From Tubiluchus corallicola (lineage: Eukaryota > Animalia > Priapulida), in assembly GCA_030141605.1 (NCBI GenBank), contig JAQGDQ010002462.1, positions 1 to 28,157 of the forward strand: a stretch of 28,157 bases of DNA. Reading direction: 5' to 3'. The translations under genes and the position numbers were made by a program. The notes under the pieces were generated by a model that was not told the origin of the DNA, did no database searches, and was given only the letters and a program-made list of their open reading frames with translations. Positions 1 through 9,717 of the stretch are shown here, in pieces; position 1 is the stretch's first letter; each line of letters opens with the position of its first letter.

Positions 1-926
1 TCACTTTCAGTTTCATGCTTATCTATTTTTTCACTGTTCGTATTTTCTTCAGTTTTTATTATCTCATTATATTTGAATTCGTTCATCTTTTTATCTTCTG
101 TGTGGCTATCTTCTAAATAATTATTAGCTATAACTTCATGGTTATCGACATCTTTATTAGTTAAACTTTTTTCTTTTAACAAAACTATTTCTATAAAAGT
201 TTGATCGTCAATAGATATTGGGCTGATATTTTTACTTTGTAACCACTTTAGATCTTCTTCAGTTAGTTTTTCGCTATAAACAAAAAAACTTTGTGAGAAT
301 GTATCAAGCCTTTTTTGAAAATAATCTATGAATGAAGTATTAATAGGGTTTTCTAAAGAAACACCCCAGTAAATGGTAAAGTTGTTTTGGACTTCTTTTT
401 TCAGAGCATTCCACATAAATTCATATAACTTTAATTCTTTTATTTTTCTGTAGTTTTGAGAAGAAATTATAAATGAAAAATCGTCTTGGTTATCTCCAAA
501 AAATTTATAGTAATTAATTTTACCTTTTACAAATTCTCGAGTATAATAATAATTATTTAACTTACTATTGAAAATATGCTCAATAAAGTTATCATAATTT
601 AATGTGATGATAGAAGAAATTAAATTTGATTCCGCAAGAGAAAGATAAAAATTATCAATATTAGATAGGTGTACCTTTGTATTTTCTGCTAGAAAATTTT
701 TTAAATATTTTCTGTCTCCAAATAGATTTTCTAAAAAAAATTGATTAACGTTAAATAAATTATTTTTATTACTTATATTTACATCTTTATTATTAGAAAT
801 AGTTTCAAAAATTGAATTGCTAAGTTCTGGTTTGGTTTTTACTCCAAACTTACATGAAAGTAATTCTCCAGTCCATAAAGTAATTCTTTTACCATCTTCA
901 AGTTTTTTAATTAAATTATCTAACAT
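1..926 (-). CDS. SIR2-like (SIR2_2) domain protein with degenerate catalytic motifs; 3' end runs off the window
   Basis: Not in the ORF track because it has no stop in the window. Manual translation from ATG 926 (RBS AGGAG upstream) is open to base 1: MLDNLIKKLEDGKRITLWTGELLS...IITLNYDNFIE...YYKFFGD...IISSQNY...TIYWGVSLENP. This matches the motif order of SIR2_2 (FxGAGxS, ITTNYD, KLHG, FIGYS). An acidic low-complexity stretch follows. Confidence 0.7.
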   Translation of the reverse strand, partial: MLDNLIKKLEDGKRITLWTGELLSCKFGVKTKPELSNSIFETISNNKDVNISNKNNLFNVNQFFLENLFGDRKYLKNFLAENTKVHLSNIDNFYLSLAESNLISSIITLNYDNFIEHIFNSKLNNYYYTREFVKGKINYYKFFGDNQDDFSFIISSQNYRKIKELKLYEFMWNALKKEVQNNFTIYWGVSLENPINTSFIDYFQKRLDTFSQSFFVYSEKLTEEDLKWLQSKNISPISIDDQTFIEIVLLKEKSLTNKDVDNHEVIANNYLEDSHTEDKKMNEFKYNEIIKTEENTNSEKIDKHETES

Positions 927-982
927 TTTATTTCTCCTAAAAATACATTTTAACATTATTAATTGGCCAAGTAAGTCAATAT

Positions 983-1705
983 TTAAATATCAACAGTTTC
1001 AACTTTTGGATCTAATTGATATATCATATCCTTTCTTTCAACAATAATTTTTATTTTTTTTGAAATGTTTTCATCTTTTCTTATTTTACTAAACAACTCA
1101 TTAGAAGGATTTATAGCAAACGGATTATTTACTGTACTAAGCATTGAATAATCTCCCATGGTGTCACCATAGGCATAAGATAGCTTTGTATCAATATTAT
1201 ATTTTTTTATAAAGTTTTTTAAAGCTTCTTTTTTATGTGTAGAATCCCACATTGGTATTGCTTCTCCTAAAAAAGTTTCGTTATCATGTAGATATGTAGA
1301 TCCCATAAAATCATCTGCTCCCCACTTTTTAGCCATTCTTTCAACTAGAAAGTCAGGGCTTCCAGAAATAAAAATAACTAAATGTCCTTGAGTTTTATGC
1401 CACTTTATTCTTTTTCTAGTAAAACGATAAACTCTATTTCCTTCTAGCTCCATTACTTTATCTGCAATAAACGAATTATAATTTATTGACAGACCCTTTA
1501 TTGCATTAATATAAATGTTAGCTAGGCCTATTAAATAGTTGTCATAATCTCCTATTCTTTGATCCCATTTATTAAAATCTTCTTTTAGGTGGCTCTCCCA
1601 TGCAGAAAAATCAATGACCTCGTATTTAATTAGTTTTTTGAAATGCTCTATTATTAATGAATCACGATACAAGGTGCCGTCAATATCAAAAAATGCTCCA
1701 ATCAT
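983..1705 (-). CDS. HAD-superfamily subfamily IB (SerB-like) hydrolase/phosphatase
   Basis: Motif I FFDIDGT, motif II ISGS, motif IV YGDTMGD; RBS AGGAGG. Confidence 0.9.
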   Translation of the reverse strand: MIGAFFDIDGTLYRDSLIIEHFKKLIKYEVIDFSAWESHLKEDFNKWDQRIGDYDNYLIGLANIYINAIKGLSINYNSFIADKVMELEGNRVYRFTRKRIKWHKTQGHLVIFISGSPDFLVERMAKKWGADDFMGSTYLHDNETFLGEAIPMWDSTHKKEALKNFIKKYNIDTKLSYAYGDTMGDYSMLSTVNNPFAINPSNELFSKIRKDENISKKIKIIVERKDMIYQLDPKVETVDI

Positions 1706-1716
1706 TACTTAACCTC

Positions 1717-2349
1717 CTAATCTATGAGAGATGCGATGCTTGTTATATTACTTCCAACCATATTTATAGCAATCTTATTGTCCCCTCCACGAGGTATTAT
1801 TATATCTGCATACCTTTTAGATGGCTCTACAAATTCAAGGTACATAGGCTTTACAGTTTCTAAATATTGATTTTTTACAGATTCAAAGGTTCGGCTTCTT
1901 TTATTAATATCTCTTTCTATACGCCTTAATAATCTTTCGTCATCATCAGTGTCAACAAATATTTTCATATCAAATCTTTTCCTTAACTTAGGGATTGCGA
2001 AAATAAGTATTCCTTCTACAACAATAACCTTTGCTGATTCAATAACCTCTACTTCTTTTTTTCTCATATGTTTTGTAAAATCATATATTGGTTTTTCTAT
2101 AGTTTTTCCTTCATAAAGATCATCAATATGCTTTATCAAAAGATCAAAGTCTATTGAGTCAGGGTGATCAAAATTAATCTTAGTTCTTTCCTCTAAGGAA
2201 TAATGATTTAAATTTTTATAGTACGCATCTTGTTCTATAATAACTATATTTTCTAGCTCAATACTTTTTAATAAATTATATGCAACTGTACTTTTTCCAG
2301 AACCACTTCCTCCAGCTACTCCAATAACTATCCTTTTATTATTAAACAT
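1717..2349 (-). CDS. udk: uridine kinase
   Basis: P-loop GGSGSGKS, QDAYYK, NFDHPD, EGIL, RRIERD, VEPSKRYADIIIP. Confidence 0.96.
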   Translation of the reverse strand: MFNNKRIVIGVAGGSGSGKSTVAYNLLKSIELENIVIIEQDAYYKNLNHYSLEERTKINFDHPDSIDFDLLIKHIDDLYEGKTIEKPIYDFTKHMRKKEVEVIESAKVIVVEGILIFAIPKLRKRFDMKIFVDTDDDERLLRRIERDINKRSRTFESVKNQYLETVKPMYLEFVEPSKRYADIIIPRGGDNKIAINMVGSNITSIASLID

Positions 2350-2504
2350 ATCAAACCTCCACTTTTAAATTATACAATAAATTATACGAAGTTACAACTA
2401 TAAACTAATTATTCTCTATGTTGCTTTATGTATAAAAAATAAATTATAAAATCTATAAAATTCATGTTAAAATATATTAATTATATATAATAATAGGAGG
2501 AATC

Positions 2505-3095
2505 ATGGAGATCTTCTTAGCTACAAAAAATGAAAATAAAATTAAAGAGATAAAAAATATTTTTTTTGAAGAAAAAATAAAAATTATGAGTATCTTAGAT
2601 GGAATTAAAATTCCTAGTGTAAGAGAGACAGGAAAAACTTTTGAAGAAAACTCTAGAAAAAAAGCACTGGAAATATCTAAAACTTTGAATATGATAACAA
2701 TTGCAGATGATTCAGGCCTTTGTGTGAAGGCTTTAGGTAATGAACCTGGAGTGTATTCCTCAAGGTTTGCAGGAAAAAATGCAAATGATACTATGAACAA
2801 TAATAAACTTATTAATGAGTTAAAAAACATTACAGATAGAAGTGCAAAATTTGTTTGTGTCATTTCTTTAGCAAAACAAAATGGAGAAATCTATTCATAT
2901 AGAGGTGAATTAAGTGGTTATATAATAGACACACCAAGAGGAAATAATGGATTTGGATATGATCCTTATTTTTATGTTGAAGAATACGAAAAAACTCTTG
3001 CTGAAATTCCTAATATTAAATCTAAAATCAGTCATAGGGCGATAGCTTTAGATAAGTTAAAAAATGATTTAAATAAAATTTTTCCTAAAATATAG
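2505..3095 (+). CDS. rdgB: non-canonical purine NTP pyrophosphatase (dITP/XTP; HAM1 family)
   Basis: LATKNENK, ADDSGL, PGVYSSR, GFGYDP and SHR motifs; RBS AGGAGG. Confidence 0.96.
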   Translation: MEIFLATKNENKIKEIKNIFFEEKIKIMSILDGIKIPSVRETGKTFEENSRKKALEISKTLNMITIADDSGLCVKALGNEPGVYSSRFAGKNANDTMNNNKLINELKNITDRSAKFVCVISLAKQNGEIYSYRGELSGYIIDTPRGNNGFGYDPYFYVEEYEKTLAEIPNIKSKISHRAIALDKLKNDLNKIFPKI

Positions 3096-3134
3096 TTTTG
3101 AAAGTATTTTATTTAACTTTAAAAGGAGCTAGAT

Positions 3135-3764
3135 ATGATAATAGATATGCATATGCATGTATACCCAACATCTTTAGATAGTTTTTTTTCTTTAAAAGAA
3201 GCTATTGTTGAAGCAAAAAGAAAAAAATTAGATGGAATTTGTATTACAGATCATGATAGTTTAAAAATAAAAGATAAAGCTACTGCATATAGTATAAAAT
3301 ATAATTTTCCAATATTTGTTGGAGTTGAAATCCAGACAGTGGATGGAGATATACTAGTGTATGGTTTAGATGAGATCCCTAAATATGCAAGCAATATGTC
3401 TGCTTCAGAATTACTTGATATAGTAGAAGATAAGGGTTTAGCTGCCATAGTAGCCCATCCTTATAGAAATAACTTTAGATGTCTTAGAGATAAAATAGTT
3501 ACACTAGCAAACAAAATACATGGAGTAGAAGTTTTTAATGGAGGGACAGCTTTTAAAGATAATATAAAAGCCCTAAAGACTACTAAAAATTTAAATTTAG
3601 GAGCAGCAGGAGCAAGTGATGCCCATATATTAAGTCAAGTGGGAGTTTTTGCTACGAAATTTAACTCAAACTTTAATACTAATAAAGGCCTAATAGAAGC
3701 AATAAAAAGTAAGGGTTATCATCCTGTAATATATGAAAATAACTGTTATAAGAAATTAATTTAA
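3135..3764 (+). CDS. PHP-domain metal-dependent phosphoesterase
   Basis: DMHMH, ITDHD, GVE, AHP and SDAH metal-binding motifs. Confidence 0.9.
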   Translation: MIIDMHMHVYPTSLDSFFSLKEAIVEAKRKKLDGICITDHDSLKIKDKATAYSIKYNFPIFVGVEIQTVDGDILVYGLDEIPKYASNMSASELLDIVEDKGLAAIVAHPYRNNFRCLRDKIVTLANKIHGVEVFNGGTAFKDNIKALKTTKNLNLGAAGASDAHILSQVGVFATKFNSNFNTNKGLIEAIKSKGYHPVIYENNCYKKLI

Positions 3765-4135
3765 TTATGCTTTATAAAAAATAAATAAAACATAAAATAA
3801 GTTCCAACAGTAGCGTTTTTTAAAGTTAAGAGTAAAGCATTATACTAATAAAAACGTAAGTTTAATACTAAATCAAATGTAACGATACAAAGTAATAATG
3901 ATGATGTAAAGGTGATATCAAATAGAGAGAAAGTAATAGTAAACAAATAAGAAATAAACTATGATACAATGTGAGGAAAAGAGAGAAAAACATAAACTAA
4001 ATATAAAAAAGCCTAAATGAAAGAGGTAAAATCAAAATATGAAATGCTATAATAGGTAGGAAGTTTATGATTAAATCTATAAAAGAAAACAGGAGAATTA
4101 GAGTAGTTTGGGTGTATTTTAAAGTTGAAAAATAT

Positions 4136-4157
4136 AAAAAGAGACCGAAATGGTCTC
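4136..4157 (-). terminator. intrinsic terminator for the ald/SBP transcript
   Basis: GAGACC-N5-GGTCTC hairpin (4141-4157) followed on the minus strand by TTTTT. Confidence 0.65.
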
Positions 4158-4226
4158 GTTGAAAAGTATGTTTAACTAATATTTTTATTCATTTTATAAG
4201 CTAAAAAAGCTAATAAAAGATAGTTT

Positions 4227-5474
4227 CTATCTGGAACCATCTAGTAGCATCTCTATATTTATTTTCACATTTTCAAGAGATTCTTTAATGTCTTTTCCGT
4301 TCCAAATATCTTTCAAAGCTGACTCCATTGGGTTCCAAATAGTATTAAACTCTGAGATGCTAGGCATAGGATCGCTGTACTGTATTTGTTTTGCAAATGC
4401 AGATAAAATAGGATCTTGTAATATATTTTCATTATTAAAAAAAGTTTTTAATGGTGGAATTTGATTGTTGAGTTCATACCTTTTATTTAGCATTTTTTCA
4501 CTAGATAAAAAATCTGCAAAAAGCTGAGCAGCTTTTGGATATTTAGTATGGCTATTTACCCCAACAACCCTTAATCCTGAAAAAGTTCTAGGATGTTTTC
4601 CATTTACAGTAGGAAATGGCATTACTCCATAATCAATACTGTGAATTTCATCAACTGCCCAAGGTCCGTTTATAATTGCACCTACCTTTCCCTCATTAAA
4701 TAGTCCAACCATAGTTTCATAGGTAGCATCCTCTACTTTTTCAATAGAAATACTTTTTAAACTTTTCATGAATTGAAAGCCATTTATAGACTTCTTATTA
4801 TTTATCCCAATATCTGTTATATCTTTATTATTATCTCCAAAAATATAACCACCTTCTAAGCTCATAAAAGCATAGCTATAGTAAAAATTTTGAACTTCCC
4901 ACAGGATGCCATACTTGTTGTTTGCTTTGTTAGTGTAATCTTTTCCTACTTGTATGAGCTCTTCAAATGTTTCAACAGGTGAGTCTATTATATCCTTATT
5001 ATAATATAGAGCGTATGTATCAATTGATATAGGCCAAGCATACATTTCTCCGTTGCTCTCTGTAACAGCATCTATTGCTGAAGAGATAAAGTTGCTTTGT
5101 ACCCTGTCTTTTGAAACTATATTTTCCATTAAAATACCAGACCTGTAGCCTTTATTTATAATTCCATGAGTTGTGATAAATAAGTCTGCAGCTCCTGAAT
5201 CTGTATCTTGATCCTGCATAAGAAGAGGCATTACTTCAAATATATTTATGCTTTCTTGCACTATATTAGTTTGAAATATTTTATTAAACTCTTTAATTGC
5301 AAAATCTATATATTCTCCATCTTCACTTTCAAAAGCCCATATTTTTAACTTTGCTTCTTTTTCTGGAAAAATTTCACTTTGCGTGGTTGTATCTTTGATA
5401 AGTTTAACTTCTTTTTCTTTAGTGCAACTAAAAATAAAAAATGATAATGCAATGGTAAATATAATTTTATTCAT
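4227..5474 (-). CDS. sugar ABC transporter substrate-binding lipoprotein (maltodextrin/MalE-CycB-like), orphan
   Basis: Signal peptide with lipobox IFSC; ALYYNKD, INGPW and PMP motifs of SBP family 1. Confidence 0.85.
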   Translation of the reverse strand: MNKIIFTIALSFFIFSCTKEKEVKLIKDTTTQSEIFPEKEAKLKIWAFESEDGEYIDFAIKEFNKIFQTNIVQESINIFEVMPLLMQDQDTDSGAADLFITTHGIINKGYRSGILMENIVSKDRVQSNFISSAIDAVTESNGEMYAWPISIDTYALYYNKDIIDSPVETFEELIQVGKDYTNKANNKYGILWEVQNFYYSYAFMSLEGGYIFGDNNKDITDIGINNKKSINGFQFMKSLKSISIEKVEDATYETMVGLFNEGKVGAIINGPWAVDEIHSIDYGVMPFPTVNGKHPRTFSGLRVVGVNSHTKYPKAAQLFADFLSSEKMLNKRYELNNQIPPLKTFFNNENILQDPILSAFAKQIQYSDPMPSISEFNTIWNPMESALKDIWNGKDIKESLENVKINIEMLLDGSR

Positions 5475-5505
5475 TTAAAATATATCCTTGATAATAGTTT
5501 GTCAT

Positions 5506-6606
5506 TTAGAGTTTTGTATATGGTAAATTCAAGTCATCAGCAACTTGCTTGTATACTAATTTTCCATCAGCTACATTAACTCCCAAGTAAAGTTCTTTAT
5601 AATTAGAGATAGCTTCTTTAACACCTTGGTTTGCAAGTATTCTAGCATACTTTAAAGTGGCATTATTTAAGGCATAACTTGATGTTCTAGGGTAAGCTCC
5701 AGGCATGTTTGTTACGCAGTAGTGAACAACATCATTTATATTGTAAATAGGATTTTCATGTGTAGTTGGTTTTGAAGTTTCAAAACACCCTCCTTGGTCT
5801 ATAGCAACATCAACTAAAACAGTACCTTTTTCTAGCCTATTAACAAGTTCTTTTGAAACTAGATGAGGGGCTTTTGCACCTGGTATAAGTACAGTTCCTA
5901 TAATAAGGTCTGACTCTAAACATGTATTTTCTATATTTCCTATATTTGAGTAAAGTGTTGTTACTTTGCTTCCGTAGATATCATCTATATATCTTAATTT
6001 ATTTATATCAACATCTAATATATTTACATTAGCTTCCAATCCAGTAGCCATTTTTAAAGCGCTTATCCCAGCAACTCCTCCTCCAAGTATTGTTACGTTA
6101 GCTCTTTTGGTGCCTGTTACACCTCCTAATAAAATTCCTTTACCTCCTTTGTTTTTTTGTAAATACTCTGTACCCACAATAGTAGCCATTCGACCTGCTA
6201 CCTCTGACATAGGAAATAAAAGAGGAAGGCTGTTATCAGAAAGTTGTATAGTTTCATAAGCTATGCAGGTTGCTCCTGAATTCATAAGGCCTAAAGTTAA
6301 TTCTTTATCAGCTGATAAATGAAGGTAAGTGTAGAGTATATGATGAGGCTTTAGACAGTTAACTTCTCTTTTTTGTGGTTCTTTGACCTTTATTATCATT
6401 TCTGACTTTTCAAAAACTTCCTCTAAAGACTCTAAAATGATGGCTCCAGCATTTTTATAATCTTCATCTGTTAATCCTATGCCGACTCCTAAGTTAGTCT
6501 CAACATATATTTCATGCCCATCACGTTTTAGCTGCAGTACGCTTTCTGGTACTAAACCTGCCCTAAATTCATTGTTTTTTATTTCTTTAGGAACTCCTAT
6601 TTTCAT
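5506..6606 (-). CDS. ald: alanine dehydrogenase
   Basis: GVPKEIKNNEFR, KVKEP, YLHL, PMSEVAGR, GGGVAG, DVAIDQGG, HYCVTNMPGA. Confidence 0.97.
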   Translation of the reverse strand: MKIGVPKEIKNNEFRAGLVPESVLQLKRDGHEIYVETNLGVGIGLTDEDYKNAGAIILESLEEVFEKSEMIIKVKEPQKREVNCLKPHHILYTYLHLSADKELTLGLMNSGATCIAYETIQLSDNSLPLLFPMSEVAGRMATIVGTEYLQKNKGGKGILLGGVTGTKRANVTILGGGVAGISALKMATGLEANVNILDVDINKLRYIDDIYGSKVTTLYSNIGNIENTCLESDLIIGTVLIPGAKAPHLVSKELVNRLEKGTVLVDVAIDQGGCFETSKPTTHENPIYNINDVVHYCVTNMPGAYPRTSSYALNNATLKYARILANQGVKEAISNYKELYLGVNVADGKLVYKQVADDLNLPYTKL

Positions 6607-6933
6607 TAAAAATCACCTCTCATTTTATTTTAATTCTACTAGTTTATTATACTAAATAATATTCATTCTTCAAAGTTTTTTAATAAAAAATGAACAGATA
6701 TTTATTTAAACTCGTAAAATTAATTTATTTTACTGTAAAATCACTTGAGTTAAGTCATTTGTATATAATTTTGTGTTTGAACTGTATTTTAACTATAAAT
6801 TATTAGCAAATTAAAGGTTAAGTAATTTTAAAAAGAAGTAAAATTTGAGTAAGATTTTAAGTAATTTCATAAATTAGGTATATACCTGTTATATACTTAA
6901 CAAAGTTTTGTTTGCTTTTTTTTAATATAACAT

Positions 6934-8277
6934 TTAGCTGTCTACAAATATTTCTTTGTATATAAAATAAAAAACAAAAGAAATAGCAAAGCATATTGTT
7001 GAAAATATAGCGGTGAAGTAAATACCATTTCTACTAATATTTTCAGGTATTTTAACCATACTTTCAATTAATGAGCCCTCTCCAGCAACTAAAATAAGAG
7101 GTAACACAAGTATGGAGATCAAAAAAGCTAGCTTTAAGAAAAAGCCTTGTATGCCAAAAGCTATCCCATCAATTTTTAAATCATATTTTTTACTCAATGC
7201 TGTTGCTATTTCGCTAACCATAGCAGGTGGAAATATAAACGCAGCTCCAGCAAGTGGGATCCCAATAAGTGCAAAAATGACAAAACCAAATTTAATAGGA
7301 ATAAGCTTACCTAATGAAAATAATCCTAATGAAAATACCATTAATAAAACAAGATCTACAAGCATTATTTTTCTATAGCCAAATTTTTTACATATTCTAT
7401 TAGTAGGGTAGAAAAATATAGCGGATGCTCCAAATAATATAGCGGAAACAACAGTTATACTACCTTTTCCAAGTCCCATAATATCTTCAACATAATAGTT
7501 AATAGAAGCCCTTAAAGTATTAAATCCTATAAAGAAAAATAAAAAACCAACTAGATAAATTAAGAAGTTTTTTTCTTTTAAAATCATACTAAAAACATCT
7601 TTGAAATTAGTTTTTTCCTTATTGTTTGAAATAGAATATTTCTTTTCGTTAATTGTAAAAACACATACATATGCTCCAATAATGGAAAATAAACTTAATA
7701 AAATAACCATTTTTCTTATTCCTAACTCAGTATCCCCATTAGTTGAAAATAATTTTATTAAAATACCTGGAGTGATCATTGCTACAGCAGTATATAACAT
7801 CCTAAAAACAGATTGCCATGTAGAGAGATTTAAGCGTTCATTACGAGTATGTCCTATTTCAGGAATGATAGCATTATAAGGAGCTCCAACAACAGTATAA
7901 AAAATAAAAAATAGTGCCCCTACTAAGCTTAAACTAATAAAAATAGAGGTAGTAGATGTTTTTATAGGAAAAAAGAATAAAATTGTAAAAATTGCTAATG
8001 GAATAGCTCCAGCAGCTACAAAAGGAGATCTTCTTCCCCATCGACTATTAGTGTTATCAGACCAGTGTCCAATAATTGGATCAAATATCATATCAATGAA
8101 TCTAGAGAAAACTAGAGCTAAACTAATAAATAGAGGTGGTAGTAAAGGCTTTAGGCCTGAGCTTTCAGGAGGTAAGTAATAGTACATAACCCACTGGCTA
8201 AAAATTTGATCAACTATAGCATAACTAACTCCGATGCCATATAAGACTTGTATTTTAAAAGGAACACTTTTTCTCAT
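6934..8277 (-). CDS. MFS transporter, glycoside-pentoside-hexuronide (MelB-like) family
   Basis: About 12 hydrophobic segments; DMIFDPIIGHWSD...SRWGRR signature. Confidence 0.88.
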   Translation of the reverse strand: MRKSVPFKIQVLYGIGVSYAIVDQIFSQWVMYYYLPPESSGLKPLLPPLFISLALVFSRFIDMIFDPIIGHWSDNTNSRWGRRSPFVAAGAIPLAIFTILFFFPIKTSTTSIFISLSLVGALFFIFYTVVGAPYNAIIPEIGHTRNERLNLSTWQSVFRMLYTAVAMITPGILIKLFSTNGDTELGIRKMVILLSLFSIIGAYVCVFTINEKKYSISNNKEKTNFKDVFSMILKEKNFLIYLVGFLFFFIGFNTLRASINYYVEDIMGLGKGSITVVSAILFGASAIFFYPTNRICKKFGYRKIMLVDLVLLMVFSLGLFSLGKLIPIKFGFVIFALIGIPLAGAAFIFPPAMVSEIATALSKKYDLKIDGIAFGIQGFFLKLAFLISILVLPLILVAGEGSLIESMVKIPENISRNGIYFTAIFSTICFAISFVFYFIYKEIFVDS

Positions 8278-8286
8278 AGAATCCTC

Positions 8287-9449
8287 CTACGCTAAATTAA
8301 TAGGTTTATTTATATTTTTATAATTATATAATAATTTGTATATTTTTTCACTGGTGTAATTTATATTATAAAGGAAATAATTTTCTTTACTTAAATATTT
8401 TTTTGCGTCTTTGTCTGTAACTATAAAGTTGTAATCATTAATAGATTTTAAATAATTTAAATATTTTCTTCCATTACTATTGAAGCCAAGTATTTTCAAA
8501 TAAGGAATATTATAAAGAGCATTTTTGGTTACCTCAGTAGTAATGTTTAGTAAAATGTGTATAAGAACTCGTTGTAATCTTGATTTTGAATAGCGCTTAG
8601 TTAGCAAATCATTAAAAAAATCATTAAAACTACAATGTTTTATAGCTAAGTTGTAAATTCTATTATCTAGCCCTTTTTCTATATCTTGAATATTTTTTAA
8701 ATGGCTCTTGTTGGTTAAAATAGTATACTTTATTAAGGGATAAAACTTATCAAGTGTAGCTATATTGTTAGAGTCCATATGTTTTATAATGGTTTTTAAA
8801 GAGCTATTAGGGACAACCTTTTCTATAGTTGAGGTATCCTCATTGTAAATAAGAGATCTAATAGCTGTAGCACTGGCAATATCTTCAGTTATTTCACAAG
8901 AATTATATTGCGATTTAATTCTATTTATAGGAACTGCTTTTATGTTTAAATTTAATTTTTTTATACTACTGATGTATTCAAGGGCTAAAATATCATTTGA
9001 GCTAATTTTTAAATTAAATGATTCTAAAGTTAAGTTGTTTGCTTTAGAGTAAGATACGCCCTGTAATAAAAATTTATTCATTAATTCGTTATATTCTTTA
9101 GAATATTTTATATCTAAAATATTATTTAAATGTTTTAAGTTAGCAGATTCAGATCCAAAAACAATAGAGTTAACCTTCATTAAATTTAATATAGACACAG
9201 AGCCAAAGGCGAATACTTCTGCAGCTTGAGATGAAAAATAAACAGGAAGCTCGATAATTATATCAACTCCATTTTTTAGGCTAATTTTGTTCTTTCATAT
9301 TTATTTATGCATGCAGGTTCTCCTCTTTGTAGGAAATCACCACTCATAACAGCTATGAGTACATCACAGTATTTTTTGGCTTCATTAATATGATGTAAAT
9401 GACCATTATGAAAAGGATTATACTCTACAATTACTCCACTAGGAATCAT
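8287..9449 (-). pseudogene. tmcAL: tRNA(Met) cytidine acetate ligase (HIGH nucleotidyltransferase), 1-bp frameshift near 9279
   Basis: ATG 9449 with RBS AAGGAGG gives [20 protein letters not shown]...[13 protein letters not shown]...RTKLA*. Restoring one base (GCC[C]TA AAA AAT GGA) continues [12 protein letters not shown]...SQAAEVFAFG into ORF 8287..9198 (FGSES, NDILALEY, SATAIR). May be an assembly error. Confidence 0.9.
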
Positions 9450-9578
9450 CTTCCTCCTTAGATGTATTTAAAATTTAAGAAAACTTAAAGTAGCTTTATA
9501 GCACTATATTAGGGTATTTATATACAACAGAAGTTAAATTATTATATCATAATAATAGTTAAAAATCTGCAATAAATA

Positions 9579-9626
9579 TAAAAAAATAAATAGCTTGTTG
9601 ATATTTTACATATCAATAAACTATTT
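9579..9626 (-). terminator. probable intrinsic terminator of the aminotransferase/BKACE operon
   Basis: Imperfect 16-bp inverted repeat (9588-9603 / 9611-9626) followed by a T-run on the minus strand. Confidence 0.45.
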
Positions 9627-9717
9627 AATTAATATAATAATAATGAGATTAAGTTCACTATAAATATAAAAAAATACTTGTTTAGCTTTTATATTTTTAT
9701 AAGCAAATGCACTTTAT

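Noticed and set aside
1-926. Active SIR2 antiphage system (Thoeris/DSR/Sir2-HerA)
   Set aside because: The catalytic His and GAG motif are degenerate and no partner gene is visible; the downstream context lies outside the window.
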